DNA of 64,000 bases from the NCBI RefSeq assembly GCF_009914755.1, contig NC_060926.1; one strand, written 5' to 3'. A program made the translations under genes and the position numbers. The notes under the pieces are model-generated. The model searched no databases. It saw nothing but the letters and a program-made list of their open reading frames with translations, and had not been told where the DNA came from. The stretch's first letter is position 1; every line of letters starts with the position of its first letter. Below, piece by piece: positions 44,035-58,640 of this stretch. The DNA comes from the human T2T-CHM13v2.0 reference genome, Homo sapiens.

Positions 44035-44290
44035 TTATTCACTTAGCAAATTCCTACGTAGCACTTACTGTGTTCCAGGGACTGTTCTAAGTGCTTCACA
44101 AATATTACCTCACTTAATCTTCAAAAATTCATGTGAGGTAGGTACTAATACAGTCCCCATGTTACAGATGTAAAAACCTGGGGCATAGAGAAGTTAAGTA
44201 ACATGACTGAGATTAGAGCAATAGTAATGACAGTGCAAGGATTCAGGGAGTCAGGAACCCAAATCGTTGGGCTTAATTATGACACTACTC
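44035..44290 (-). mobile_element. MIR SINE
   Basis: gcacttactgtgttccagggactgttctaagtgctt...ccccatgttacagatg...agagaagttaagtaac. Confidence 0.8.
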
Positions 44291-45077
44291 AACCATAAAA
44301 TCATTCAGTGCATCACAAGTAGTATAAAGTTCCTTAGCAACTATGCGCTTTCTGTTGGTACATACTGAAAATGTTATTTACATGTTACATTTGGAAATAA
44401 TTTCTTTTATATATTAATATACAGGAGTTGTATTGGCCCAGAATACATTCTTTATATAAGATATATGACTGTATGAATGAAAAAGGAAAATAGAAATGTC
44501 ACAATAGACTATCAAGCTAAAATTTAATTATTTATTGGCATCTTTAAATTCATTGGTGATGTACTTTTCCAAATGGGTTTTGAGTGGTAAGAGCAGAAAT
44601 TAATTGTTTAATGCATGTTTTCCTTTCAAAGGAGTGTTAAAGTAATCATGGGAACATATAAGTTTCATTAACAGACTCCAGGGTGATAAATCACATTTTT
44701 AGGAAACCTCAGCTGGCATTAACATTCCATCCATGACTTGTGTAACAGCAGCTATATTTGTGGAACAATTTGTATGTAAATTTTGAGAAATAAATAGATG
44801 TTGAGGTTATCTAAGGAGGCTATTTTCTATGTATGACTTATGATCAATTCTGAGCATGGTGTTTATCATATAGACACAAGAAATAAATTGAAAAACCAAT
44901 GCAAACCATAAAAATAGAAGAAAAGTACCCAAAGAGTTTTGTATTGACACATGTTCCCAGAAAATTGTGTGTCTATTCATATTATCTCAAATTGCTGACA
45001 TGTGCATAAAATCATGTCGCAGAGTTTTTACCATGACTAATAAAGTATGCTACAGGTTTACTCTGTTCATAGGAAAG

Positions 45078-45629
45078 TGTTACAGGAACGGGGTCCCAAT
45101 CCAGACCCCAAGAGAGGGTTATTGGATCTCACACAAGAAAGAATTCAGGGCAAGTCCATAGAATAAAGTGAAAGTAAGTTTCTTAGGGAAGTAAAGGAAT
45201 AAAAGAATGGCTCCTCCATAGACCAAGCAGCCCTGAGGGCTGCTGGTTGCCCATTTTTATGGTTATTTCTTGATTATATGCTAATAAAGGGGTGGATTAT
45301 TCATGTCTCCCCTTTTTAGACCATATAGGGTAACTTCCTGATGTTGCCATGGTATTTGTAAATTGTCATGGTGTTGGTGGGAGTGTAGCAGTGAGGACGA
45401 CCAGAGGACACTCTTGTTGCCATCTTGGTTTTGGTGGGTTTTGGCTGACTTCTTTACTGCCACCTGTTTTATCAGCAAGGTCTTTCTGACCTGTATTTTG
45501 TGCCAACCTCCTATCTCATCCTGTGACTTAGAATGCCTAACAATCTGGGAATGCAGCCCAGTAGGTCTCAGGCTCATTTTGCCCATTCCTATTCAAGATA
45601 GAGTTGCTCTGGTTCAAACGCCTCTGACA
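45078..45629 (-). mobile_element. MER41A ERV1 solo LTR (552 bp)
   Basis: tgttacaggaa.ggggtccc.atccagaccccaagagaggg ... cgcctctgaca; 4-bp TSD aaag (45074-45077, 45630-45633); lacks the MER41B GAS segment. Confidence 0.9.
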
Positions 45630-47118
45630 AAAGGACTTCCTAATCTTCACATTCATCCTTACCAGTTTAATTTTAAATGAAGATGTACTACAGAATAATT
45701 GAGTTGCTGCTTCTAGCTCTCTCGCTGATCTTTTCTTTAAGTCACAGAAGTGTTTTAGGACCCATGGTGAACTCTACCAACAGTAAAAAAAAAAAATCCA
45801 TTAACCACCTTCATAACAGTACAAATATTTCTGAACTTACATATTTTTGAGTACCTCTTGCATGTAGGCTTTAGGATATATTATCCTTCAAACTACCTCT
45901 TTGGTTTCTTTCTTAATCCCACAGTGACAGTCCTTAGGAAGAAAACAATATAAGAATATTTAAAGTTAAAAATAATTTTAAAATTTTATAAGTAAAATTA
46001 AAATAAACACTAAAATGATTTATTTCTATTCAGAAGAACTTGGCTAGCACACTGTGTTTAGTGATTGTTAATTATATATTCCTTTAAAGAACCTTTTTGT
46101 GACTAAAGACCACTGAAATCACCTTTATTTTAGGCCAGAAGGCTCATTAATGAATGCAGCTCCTAAAGAATCAGATAGGCCTAATCCAGTTGAGATTTTA
46201 TCTGCTTCTTGGCTTGGTGGGGGTTTAATTTGCAATCTTTATAGTTCAGAGTCTATAAAAATTAGCTGTCGATCATAAGACATTATTTGGTTTTATAGAA
46301 TGGATATTACTTCTTTGACAGTCAAGTTCATCTATTTTTTTTTCTCCTCTCTGAGTTCCACCATAGCAAATGATTCCTTTCTGCTTGACATCTCTGTCAT
46401 CTAATTGTGGTTGAGATTTCCCCCGGGATTGGTTATGAATGAAGGCAGACAATTGCAGCAGATTGCCATCTTAAATAACAATAGAACCCCTGGCTCACAG
46501 ATGTTCTGTACACTCGTGGTAAAAGAGGAGTTCTAGTGGGAAAGTGGGAGTACAGGTTTGGATGGGAAGAAAATAATCAGGGACTTTCTTATTAGGCTAA
46601 CCACGGACATTAGCCTAGTACATTCAGAGATTACTAACAAACAATGCTATACCTAACACACTGTCCTGATGTCCTAAGACGAATCAGCAATCTCCTTTAA
46701 AGTAGTTTAATAAAAGGGATTTTACGAAAAAGGAATAGTGAAAATGCTTTCCCATGGCAAAGCTCTTGTATATTGTATTTCTTCTCATGGATGATTTGAT
46801 TCAAAGAAAGGACATTGTAAACTATTTATGAAAAGACTAGTAGCAATACTGATGACTAGCATTTTACTGAACATTTACCATACAGTAAATATTGTGCTAA
46901 GTTCTGTATATTTATTAACTCTGAAGTAGATACCAGAAAACCTACATTGCAAGCTGTGCTCTTCCATTTACTTGTTAATGACATCAATATTCTCATCTTG
47001 TAAAATGGAGATAAAACCTACTGTACAGACTTCAGTGCTTCAACAAGGTTCAAACATATATTGCATGTAAAAAATAAAAAATTAAAACAACCCCACACAC
47101 AGTAAATGTTAACACACA

Positions 47119-47805
47119 TGTTAGGGCTCAGAAAATGATGCTCCAAAGTATGTACTTTGGCATGCTGAGTACTTTCAACCAAAGGACATTGGAAGGCCTC
47201 AGAAGCAGCCTCAGGACTAGGGTCTATCTGACCTTCTCCTTCCTGGCTGTCATTGGCCCCTCATTCTTTCTAGAAGTGAGTCATAGTAACCAGAATGCTT
47301 CTTCCCCAAGGTGGATCATAGAAACTAGGACCTGTTTCCTGCAAAGCCAGCTATAAAATCTGGAAATATTACTTTTACCTTCCTCTGCCTTTCTGTGTAG
47401 GAGCTGAGAATAAGTTCTTGGACTTACCTTGTCTGATTGTAGGTCATAAGATGCTCATTCCAGAGGTGTCCTGCTCTCTGTACATGTGAGGAAAGAATGC
47501 TACACAGAGAGGCCAAGAAGAATCTGAACACATAGGCCTTGTTGGGTTTTCCCACTCAATTACCATTAGGTTATATTCTTGTCCAATCACATTTCTACAC
47601 AGCTGCCCATTCTTCATCGAACACAAACATAAAAATAGACAGTTTTTCCGTGAATCTTTGAGGTCTTCATTCTAAAGTCTCTGTCATGTAGAAGTTTGAT
47701 TAAAGAGCTATGTTTTTATCTTGTTAACCTGTCTTTTGTTATAAAAGTGTTGGCTGTGACCCTTATGATGTGGAGGAAAAGTATTATACCCTTTTTGTTC
47801 CTACA
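47119..47805 (+). mobile_element. MER39-like ERV1 solo LTR
   Basis: tgttagggctcagaaaa...tttggcatgctgagtacttt...ggaaggcctcagaagcagcctcag ... cctaca. Confidence 0.75.
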
Positions 47806-49331
47806 AATGCTACCAATAAAGAGAATGATGATTGTCATTTTTATATTCCAATTATGTCTCCAGCAATTTTTGAATAATTTCCAAAGAGAAATAAACTCCA
47901 AGTCTCAAATATTACCCTCCAAGCAATCCTCTGCAAAGCTGACAAAAAAAAAAAAGGAAAAGAAATTCTAAGAGAATTTACTCATTATTTCAAACTTCCC
48001 TTCTTCCATGACATTCTGTGATGGTCAGAAAGAGTTCTCTAGTCTCCACGAGACCTGCAACCATATCTTTGTATAATAAAAGATGCTTTGTTTTGGCCAA
48101 GTTCTAAAGTATATTATTATTTATAGACATTTTCATGAGTGCCATTTTTGATAGAGGTTGTTGTATTCACAATTGATAATGGATAGAGGGATGGACATGA
48201 TTGTTTTAGAAATATGGATTAGTCAAAAAGCAAACACATATAAAGAAGATTCTTTATATTTCTTTGCCCAGGATTTTACACGTACACACATGCACACACA
48301 TACACATTTTAAATCAAGTTTATTCACCACCTATCTCTAGCTTCCTTGAATAATTCAACCGTTACAGAAAAAAATTCTAAAAATATTCTTTCCTTTTGGA
48401 TCTGAAATATATTGATATAATTCAATTGCATCTACCCAGGCGTTCTTCAGTTCAATAGCCTCCTGAATTTGTTGTTATTGTTGCTCTGAAAGTTAATGGG
48501 GTGTGGAGTGAACAAAATGTTTGTGTAGCAGTGAGGGTTTCTAGAAAGAGGGATTCTACTTTTCCAAATATGTATGTAGGAGGTTTTAGTATTTGTGTTA
48601 TTTCTGAGTTCTTATAGTGGTTTAGTGGAGTGATTTAAAATAAGGTCAGCCCAGAGTAGTTTCCGCAACATAAAGGATAGTTTTGTTGAAGATCAAGTTT
48701 ATCCCCTGCTTCTTTTACTGCTACCCAATACAGCAGTCCTATTTCTTAAGAGTTCACATTTCCTTCTTTTACAATGTTAGAGGAAACATATTTTTGGGGT
48801 GTTCTGTCAATATACCAGTGGTGAACAAAATCTAAACTTAAATATGGGAGTAATATTTCCAGTGAAACTGCAAAAGGAGTCAACAGCCAATTGAGTTGCA
48901 ATTAGAATTTTATTTTCCACCATTTCCCAAAATAAATTTGCTGACAAGAATTCAAATTTTCATTGTCAATAACTGTAGACAACCAAAAATAAACCTAGTC
49001 ATGGAACTCTGTCTTTCAATTTGAAATGCATTAAATCTGATTACATATTCATAGTCTTAGAAACTTTTCTGTTTTTATCCTCTGGTTATTTGAGAAATCA
49101 TTGAGTAAGGTATTGTCAAAGAATTTTTGTTGGCGGAAAGGAGAAAAATAAAATAACTTTCTGTTGTGACTTTCCATTGTGTACATTCAATCACTTAATC
49201 ACTTTTTACCACTGCCACATATAAAACGTATTGTGATAAAGCTATTTGGGCTAGAAAATGGTAATGGCATAAACTGAAGTCTTCTAAAGGTTTCTCTCTA
49301 TAGTTCAAGAATCAAAACATGAACATATCCG

Positions 49332-49848
49332 TGACCAAGATGGCCTCGGCTTGGCTAAATTTAGACAGATTTCTTCCTGACTAAAGGCCCCAGGCCTTCC
49401 TTTCCTCAGAGCATCTGAGCATTTACTTTAGAAAAATTGCAGTCCTAAATTGTCTCTCTGTCCTTTTGAGATGTAAATCTTCTTCTAGCTTCTTGCCAGT
49501 TTTACAACACAGGAATATCTTTCTTGAGGACCTGGGATCCAACATTTGAAATGTATTTATTAAGAGGAAAGACAGAGCCCCATCTCCCAGTCTATGTGAG
49601 AAGGTAGGAACCTAACTTTGATAAACATCAATTAGCAAACAGATTAGGCCATAGAAGGCCTCATCTCACTAACCAACTTCCCTGCTAACTTTCTCCAGTA
49701 CTTTGCAACTGCCTCATCCCAGTGCTTAAAAATTCTCCTGCCTTTTGTTTCAGCGAAGTTGAGTTCAATCTCTTTCCCTTATTTTTATAGTCTTGAATAA
49801 GGTATTCCTTGACTGTTTCTCTTGTCCTATGCATTTTTTTATTTGACA
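49332..49848 (+). mobile_element. ERV1 MER4-group solo LTR (MER93-like)
   Basis: tga start, gagcatttactttagaaaa...tttgagatgtaaatcttc...gttgagttcaatctc, tttgaca end. Confidence 0.6.
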
Positions 49849-50009
49849 ATGCAGTAAACACTTTTAGAATGTTTACTGGATATTTCTTACTTGCAGCTGC
49901 ACAATCTCTGAACGCCTTCTATTTGGGAAAATTTCAAGGAAGACAGACAGGGTTTTACCTTCCACAGTGAAAACTGAGGAGAGGGACATATTTGTTGTTG
50001 TCTAGGTAG

Positions 50010-50420
50010 GTGTTTGGTAGCTCTGTGTGGGCTTCTGACCTAACCTCACCTTGGGCTACTCTTTGCTGGGGCTTTGAATCTGGAGTGGTTTATGTAAATA
50101 AGCAGGGGCCAGTCTGGAAACCATTCTAGGAGCAGTAGCAGATGCAGTGAAAGGAAAGACTGTAACTTCTCTGGAAGCAGGAGTGTCACCAGTGACCCTG
50201 TGGCCATGGTTGTTTCCATAACTCTGATGTGGTCTTGAATGGCGACAGGACTTTGGCAGTTATTCTGGGTGTCAACTTTCCACCAATTTTTGCATTTTGA
50301 CTCTTCAACTTTCCACCATTTTTTTTTCAATTTGGCATCCCTTTCAAATAGTTTTCATCCTCTTTGAATAATCCAATGTTGGTTTATTTTGTTTGTAACC
50401 AAAATCATAGCTAATAGAGA
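50010..50420 (+). mobile_element. Old ERVL/MaLR-type LTR, family uncertain
   Basis: LTR-like 3' end (ttttgtttgtaaccaaaatcatagctaataga). Confidence 0.35.
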
Positions 50421-51214
50421 TGACCGAAGTATTAAATACCATAATGGCTATGGGAGATGTAGTGGACCTGTCACTAGACTTGGGATTGGAAAGCCTTATT
50501 TGTAATTCTTGCTTTGCAGTTCTCAGTTGTATGTGACATGGATCATTAGCTGAGCTTCGCTATCTTTTTGACTTTCAGTGGCTACTCCAAAAATAATCAC
50601 ACAAGGCAGGATTTCATCTATCCCTAATATTCTCAGAAGGTTCATCAGTGGCATGATGACAGAAAAAGTGCTACAAAAGGTAGGAATTGGGGAAAATTAT
50701 TGTGAATTGAAATATCTGAGAAAGGATTTGCAATCCCAGCTTTTCTAGCATATACTTAGTTTTCTTTTTTTTTTATTAGATGCACATTCAAGGATCTTTC
50801 TGGCTACATACAGAAAATTTGAAAAATAAAAGAGAAATATTATTAATAGAGGCTTTAAAATATATTAGGGGGGTAAAAGGAGAAACTACAATTTAGAGCA
50901 GTTGCCCTGGCAATGGCAGTGCAAGCTGCATCCATTGTTTCAAGTATTAATCAGTCAACTTGTTATTGAAAGCTTGCCACTAGAAAGACATTATGTAATG
51001 GGTGAGACAGAAGATATGCAATACTCTCCCTTCCCTTAAAACATAAATACATGATGACAAAAGCTATGAGTCAAATTTCTCCCTATTTATCAATATATAG
51101 CTCTACCATGCATGCCCTGTGGCCCTAAACAGAAGGAGCCTGATTCTCATCCTGCTTTTGCATATGCCTTGATACAAAGATAAAACCTAAAACGATGGCA
51201 TTAGGTTACCTGGT

Positions 51215-51470
51215 GTAGGGTAATAACTCAGGGCATGAGTCTGGCATTCACAGAAATGAATTCAAGTCTTTATCTCATTAATGTATTAGCTTTTGGCTCT
51301 GATTAAGCCACTTAACTTCATGAAACTTGTTTCCTCCCTACCTATAAGAAATGCTAATAATTCTTAATGCCCATTATTGTCATATGTATCAAATGAAATA
51401 ATGCATATAATGCATTTAGCAAAGTGTTTGGTGTTCAATGACTGTTCCTTGAATGGTTCATAATTATTCT
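51215..51470 (+). mobile_element. MIR SINE
   Basis: aagccacttaacttcatgaaacttgtttcctc...caaatgaaataatgcatataatgcatttagc. Confidence 0.7.
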
Positions 51471-54238
51471 TTTACATTATACATACATTTAAAAATCATT
51501 TCTATGACTCATTAGGTAGCATAAGCTGGGAGTGTCATAAAGCTAGAAATAAGCACCCAAAGGCTTGTGGGAAAATTGGAAGGCAGCAAATCCTGCTTAA
51601 AAGTCGACAGATACAGATTGTGTGAGGAGGCAGGTGGCAAGAGGTAGTGAAGGATAAGAGGAAAATTTGATTCTGAAATTCATATGTTTTTTAGAACTCC
51701 CCCCCCACCCCTAAGTATGAGTTCAAGGAAAGAGAAAATTTACAACTAAGTCTACACACACTGTTACCTAGGAAACCAAGCCATGTAGCATATGCAACAA
51801 ACACCAGTAAAAATAAGCCTGAAGTATGTTTCCTAAACCTGGAAGAAGAGTTACAGGGTTTAGACTTATGACGTCTCTCTTGTGTACTTCAAAGTTAAAC
51901 AAAAATGTGCCATCTGACCTTGGCCTTAAGAATAATTATAGATGGCTACAAAGTTGTGAAACTTGATGATGTCACCTTAATACAAAAAAATCCAAGAAAT
52001 TTCAAAATCATCTCTTTTCTTAGGTAAGTAAAACTGAGAACTGGAAAGCTGTAGGAAGACTAGCCAAGGTCCCCTGGTCTCATGCTCTTGCTCTGTCTTC
52101 TCTGCCTTCTCTGTACAGCTATTCCTTCTCTCCATAGACTGGCTTTTTCTATTTTTCCATATATAAAGCAGCTACTCTCCACCTTCACTTCTCAGGTTTG
52201 CATCCACCTAAGTCCAAACAAACAGTCCTGATGGAATTACAGTCTTTCTCTTTCTCACTTCTAAATTCCTTGGAAGGAATTTCCAACTAGCCCAGGGCAG
52301 TTGCCTCTCCTTGATCATCTATGGCCAGGGAGCAGGAAGGACCCTGTTGGATAGCCCTGGTAGTACTCTATTTTATTTTCCTGGAGCATGGGGATAGTGG
52401 GCATGTTGAGTGAATCTGTTATCAGAAGAAAGAGTATTATTAGGAGAGGGCAGGAACCTCAAATGATTGAGACTTCTTGTAATTTGAGTAGAATGATTGT
52501 GCTTTTAATCATGTCAGACTATCAGGACTAATTTAATAAATGGTCAAATGCCAATACTTTTTGACATGCAATAATTTTAAATTTAGTTGGGAAGATTATG
52601 GTTGTAAATCATGGGTCTCCACAATTGAAACAAAAATAAGCATATAAGAGAAAAATGATTCTCAAAACAAACTTATCAGAAGATAATAAAGGCCTTCACT
52701 ATCTGTTGCCTACATTATGCTTACAATCAGTATGTTAGCTTGAACCTTCTGCTGATTCACAGCACCCTAAAATAGAAAATGAGATATTTAATGTAATTTT
52801 TGTCCCTATTTTAGGGCTTTTAGCCAGGCAAAGTTGAATGATGATAACTCACTCAAATAATTTGGTGGAAATTCTCCCTGGGAGATGAATATAAAGACAA
52901 ATTCCCTCAAGCCTATGAAGATCAATTAAAAGTGGAAGGAAATTGGGATACATTTCATCATGTATTCATTTTTCGTTAGGCTACAAAACCATAAGAAAAA
53001 GTAAAAACTTGATTTTGCAACAGAACTGTTTCCTTTCTAAAAAAGTAATTTTTATTCAGGAATGCTTTGTCACGATCAGTTCAGCTAAAATGCCAGTGTT
53101 ATACATGTTAAGTACAACCCATACAAAGTTTGGCAAACATTTGCATTACATGTGTTGTATTTAGTTAGGACAGCAATTAAAACAGGAAGTAAATAAACTG
53201 TATATACATATCTCTCTGTGCATAAATATAAGAGGATTTATTACCCATTCTGGGAAGAGGGTTGCAGGAGACATTAATATAAAAAATTAGAAAAGCATTG
53301 AAGATTATTTCAAAGAACATTTATGTTTCCTTGAAATGACTTCTTAATGGGATTTTCAGAACTCTCTGATGCTGAAGATGATCTAAGGCCGAAGATAGAA
53401 ATATAATCACAGTGCTACACGCCTAGGCATTTGCTTACAAAGCGGGAAGTGGAATGTCTGTTCTGCACTGTCCCTAGTAGGAGAATAATAAGATTTCTGT
53501 GAAAGGCCCATTCAAATTTCAGCCACCACGCACAGTTTCTTTTCATCACTTATTGATTGGTATTGTAAGATCCTCATTTCTTTATAATGTGTAAAGGACT
53601 AGAGAATGAGAATTGTAGTTAGTATCATTTCCACTTACACTTACCAAGTGGATTTAATGGACATTAAAGATTGAACACACTGTAATAACATATTTCCTCA
53701 TTGTTTAATCATTAATAATACTTGACAGAACTTTGTACATGTTGTAGTGTCAAAATTAAATTTTAATCATGGGAACATTCTATAAAGATCCAATAGTATC
53801 TTAAATAATACTTAACTAAGCACAGGAGAGCAGTACTTACAAAAGGAAATACTAAATGTTATGCTAAACTGGCTTCACACCATGTTTTTAATCTTCTTGA
53901 TCTTTGTTAACTGCACAATTCTAATTTAGAATAAATGAGCAGATAGTTCATTTTGGCAAGAAGACAATAGCAGGAGCTATAAAAGGTTTCTGAAATTCCC
54001 AGGCAATAATTATTTTACTATACTTGTATCTGCAGAAGGGATTTGCACTAAGTTCTAATTGGAACTTGAACCTCCAACTACCTTAAGCTTTGAGGTACAT
54101 GATGAAATTTTTTTGAGAAATCGCATAAACCAATAATTTTGTATTAATGCACATTTGTAAATAGTGTAAAAGTGTTTTATAAGAATAACAGAAGTGGCTG
54201 GAAAATAGGAGTTTGCCAGTAATTAATAAAAAATAGTT

Positions 54239-54558
<320 letters not shown>

Positions 54559-55048
54559 TTAAAACATACTTTAGTTAAAAGAGGAGTCAAGCCGAATCAA
54601 GTAATACAGATATGGATAATTTATTTTGAAAAATTCCACTGACCATAATCCAGTACTGTGCATTACATTTCACTGAATAGTTTCCTATCCACTGAAGGTC
54701 AGGACTGGGCTATACCCGTGGAGTATCTGGGTGTTTATTTGGTGAGCTTCAAGCAACACTAATACCTTTCAACATTCAGCTGTAGCATTTATTGCTTAGC
54801 ATTTTCTAACATAAAAAGTGAAACCATGTTGACATAAAAATGTAAGCATACTTAATAGACAACACAAAATTAAAAATTTGAAATAAATTGTATTTTAGTT
54901 GACATCATTGTATTCATGTAAGTACACAGTGAATATATTATGGGAGATTTTAATAACCTTGAGAAGACTGATCTTTCCATACAATGGCCAGGCACTACGG
55001 AATCTTTGACTGCCGTACTGATTAGGATTTAGTCAACTCAGGATCCTG

Positions 55049-55160
55049 CAGGGGTTCTCAACTTGGAGTGCATGAAATCACAGTTCTGTTGAAAGAAGTT
55101 AAGGAGTTCATGAACTTGCGGAGTAAAGTTTTTACATCACTATTTTCTATATATTGCTCA
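55049..55160. mobile_element. MER113-like hAT-Charlie end
   Basis: caggggttctcaacttgg TIR; ttcatgaacttg...ttacatcactattttc. Confidence 0.5.
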
Positions 55161-55481
55161 TTCACTGTGTAAACGTCGTGTATCAAGTACATAGGAAAAA
55201 ATAAAGTTATGATGATTGTGGGGTTTACCTCATAGGATTTGGGGATGCCTATGCGAATATTTAAATCGCTTATCACAACGTTTTTCACATAATGAAAATT
55301 CTACAAGTGAAACCTGTGTTGATTATTTATAGTAATGGTAAGCCTAAATTGGAAGCGTTTTTGCAATTGACACAGTCAAAACATATTCCAAGTACTCCAA
55401 TAGGCACCAGTTTTCTAAAATTAATTAAAGGATGAAAATACCAATCAGTGCATTAAGAAGGGAAACAATATTAAGAGTACA

Positions 55482-55690
55482 GGGCTGGGTGCAGTGGCAC
55501 ACACCTGTAATGCCAGCACTTTGGGAGAATGAGCTGGAAGGATAGCTTGAGGCCAGGAGTTTGAGACTAGTGTGGACAACACAGAGCGATTCTGTCACCA
55601 CAAAAAATACAAAAATAATAACATTAGCAGGGCATGGTGGCATGCACCTGTGGTCCCAAGCTGCTTCGCTTAAAGAAGAAAAGAAAAGAA
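55482..55690 (+). mobile_element. AluJ lacking most of the right arm
   Basis: Left arm with gcttgaggccaggagtttg; right arm stops after gtccca(a)gctgct, then an A-rich tail. Confidence 0.85.
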
Positions 55691-57112
55691 ACGTATATTT
55701 ACCTTACAGTTCAGGGAAGAGGACCACTACCTTCTTTTGGAAATGATTACCATCATCACTGAGATAATTTAATCTGTGTTATACCATGGCTTCTTCCACT
55801 TGCTCAGACAGTCACATCCATGGATGTAAGATCATTCCTAGAGAAAGTTAAGGCTACAGTTGTGTTAGGATTCCACAGCTGTGAAGCTGTGGAAACATAG
55901 ACTATAAATTGAGCTATAGCCATAGTTACAGAAAATTTTATAGACCACTTTTTATCTTTTATCTGAACAAGTTGTTATTGCCAACCAATCAACTGGCTTA
56001 GAATAAAACCAGATTTTAGCTGGAATATTATCAGAGACATTACCACATAACCTTGAAATATATAAATAGGAAGAATATCAAATCTTAGTCTTAGACTGTC
56101 TTGATCTTTCCCCTTTCTCACTCCCAGGGGAAAAATATCAGGACTTCCTATCTTTTTGGGTACTTGCAATAAAACCAAGAATACATTTTTAAGTAATTGT
56201 GGCTTTATTTTTGACATTTAACAAATAAAAATTAGAGTAAGAGAATATTTCTTTATCTAGCAGCAAAATTTGTCTCTGTTTCTCTCTCTTTCTCTTTTAC
56301 TTCTATCTGAAAGACTATCCATTTAAGTTCTGACACATTTAAAAGGCTTATTGATGAATTTTCTGACTACCCAGATCTGGAACTGCAGTTGGGATAGGAG
56401 TGATTGGTTACATAAAAGAAGTCACATTCTAAACACAGGGATTACAAATAGGAGAGAAATTATTTTTTAAAATAAATAAATAAATAAACCAGTGGTAAGG
56501 CCAAAATAATGGAAAATGAAAAATAATTAAGCTAATCAATAGATGTCCACTACTTAATTTATGTGACTAGTTGTTTAATTTAAATGTTAAAATATGTTGT
56601 TGATTGCAATGAAAAGATACAATAACCTTTAATACATTTGCTAAAATATTGAAATTAAGAAGCTAATGAAGTAACTACTTGTTTGAGCTTTAGGCTGTGG
56701 CCACATATGTCAAGGAAATTATAAGGAGATCATTTCTTCTTCCTAATTCTCAATGTTAAATTCCTAAATAGGCCATGTTCCTTGTGTCCCTTGTGGGAGG
56801 AGTGAGAAAGTAGTGATGATTTATTTCTGGTTCATATTTAGATTACTGATCTCCTGAATGGTGGTTTCCTCCTGGAGTTTCTATTTTGGCTATATCTTGA
56901 ATTTTGTCTGTTGCCTTCTGTTACTTTCAGGTTATTTAACCTGATTCAGCAAATGCTTTCAATAGTAAATATGCTTTTATGTCCTGCTTATCTATGTGGG
57001 TTTATATCTTTGTTTAGTTATAGCATCAGCATGCCTTACTTTCTTAGTTCATTGATAGATTTGAAATGAAAAATATTTAAAATATTTTTCCCAGGAATTT
57101 TAGTTGTTTTCA

Positions 57113-57446
<334 letters not shown>

Positions 57447-58414
57447 CTACCTTTGTACCTAGTTCATCGTTTTACTAGAAAGTGAAGTCTGGAAGTCAAT
57501 TTTTAACTTTGATTTGTTGACCATGGCAACAGTTCTTTTTTTTGCACATGTTTCTTATGTTTTAGAAAAATTATCATTGACTGTTGTAGAAAGAGTTACA
57601 TTGACACTTAGTGATTGAAGAAAGAGAGATAATTTAGGTAATAAATTCAATTGTCTAAGTAAGAGCTATTGAGAGTATAAACTAAACCTGGGTTAGATGA
57701 AATGAAGAAGAGGAAACAAATCCTAGAGAATCAAACACTTTTGAGTACAGAGATACAGGTGCATCAGCCCTAAGAAACTAAACACTTTATCTTGAATCCA
57801 CATTTCTGGAAAATGTCACGTAGTAGTTAGGCTATACTAAATTTAGCAGGAGGGCTTTTTGGAAGTAAATTATGTGTTGAATTGAATCATGATAAGTGTG
57901 AGCTGTTTCAAAGGTCTTTTCTTACTACAGTGGCATAGACTATTTAGTTCAATTACAGAATCAGAATTAACCTTACCAGGTGTCTTAGCAGATACAAAGT
58001 CTTGGATCTCAGCTAGTGGCAAAACTGTGGAGACTGGATGCCAATTGAATTACTCACTAGCGCCACCAAGATAAGAAAGTGTGTAATTTACCAAGTAAAT
58101 ATTGATTAGAGGTGTTTTGTAAAAATAATAATTTTTTGAAGACATTTAAAGATGCTCCTCAAAGCAAAGTGCACCAGCTATCAGGTGAAGGTCTATCTTA
58201 CAATTGTGTCCATCAAAATCGGAAATAACAAGAAAAAAATCTACTTAATATCTGTTCCAAAATTTGTTCCCTGGGAAAGTCTTCCTAGTGGCTCCAGGAT
58301 TTATTAATCTAACCAGGTTTAATTCATCTACGGATTTATTTCTGCACTACACAGTTAGTGTATTCTTCTAAAATAAGTTGTTTTCTCACCACAAACATTA
58401 CAAATTGATCTCTT

Positions 58415-58640
58415 TGGAGAGGCAGAGTAATGGGAAGAGTGGTAACTTTGGAGACATTCAGACTGTGACACATTTGCTGGTTTTGAATCCAGCTCCATCA
58501 AGTCCTAGTGGAAAGACATTTTTCAAATGTCTCATTTCCTCTGGGCCTCAGTTGCCTAACATATTAGGGAAAAATGTTCTTACTTTGGGGGATTTTAAAA
58601 ATTTGAGATAATATAAATCAACAAGTACAGTTGCTGACGT
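58415..58640 (+). mobile_element. MIR SINE
   Basis: ggttttgaatccagctcc...cctctgggcctcagttgcct. Confidence 0.65.

Noticed and set aside
45078-45629. Interferon-inducible MER41 enhancer with STAT1 sites
   Set aside because: The tandem GAS-containing segment of MER41B is absent at ~45305, and ttcttagggaa (~45180) has the wrong spacing for a GAS.
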